A stretch of 63,211 nucleotides of DNA, counting the filler, from Octopus bimaculoides (taxonomy: Eukaryota): assembly GCF_001194135.2 (NCBI RefSeq). It is 8 parts of 8 records of this genome, joined end to end, with 100 filler letters (N's around TTAATTAATTAA, not from the genome) between each part and the next. Parts side by side here need not be neighbours in the genome. Positions count along the whole stretch, not along the records: positions 61,267 to 63,211 come from NC_069006.1; 7 more parts are not named here. One strand, given 5' to 3'. Of the stretch, positions 63,141-63,211 are shown piece by piece. Within the stretch, counting starts at the first letter, position 1, and each line of letters starts with the position of its first letter. The notes below the pieces were generated by a model, which did no database searches, was not told the origin of the DNA, and saw nothing but the letters and a program-made list of their open reading frames with translations. The position numbers and the translations under genes were made by a program.

Positions 63141-63211
<71 letters not shown>

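Overview
Repeat-dense, gappy eukaryotic genomic DNA with very high microsatellite density. The SINE families look cephalopod, probably Octopus (my inference, not a database result). The only host gene I can support is the last three coding exons of MBTPS2 (site-2 protease; + strand, 31688-35003). They lie in a CpG-poor block bounded by two artificial 100-bp scaffold-join gaps containing TTAATTAATTAA, and the upstream HExxH-bearing exons are not visible. The rest is transposon debris: R4/Dong, RTE, RTEX and Hero LINEs; mariner, maT, Chapaev and hAT DNA elements; Helentron/HINE-like pieces; and several tRNA-SINE families, which I label A, B, C and E for convenience. The most interesting signal is SINE C: a tRNA head, a (TAA)n tract, and a Penelope-like tail carrying a minimal hammerhead ribozyme. 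At both of its loci, tail sequence sits inverted against its 5' end, as expected for Penelope-type integration. Further hammerhead-like motifs are scattered through the window. TE boundaries were set by eye and are approximate unless a TSD is given.
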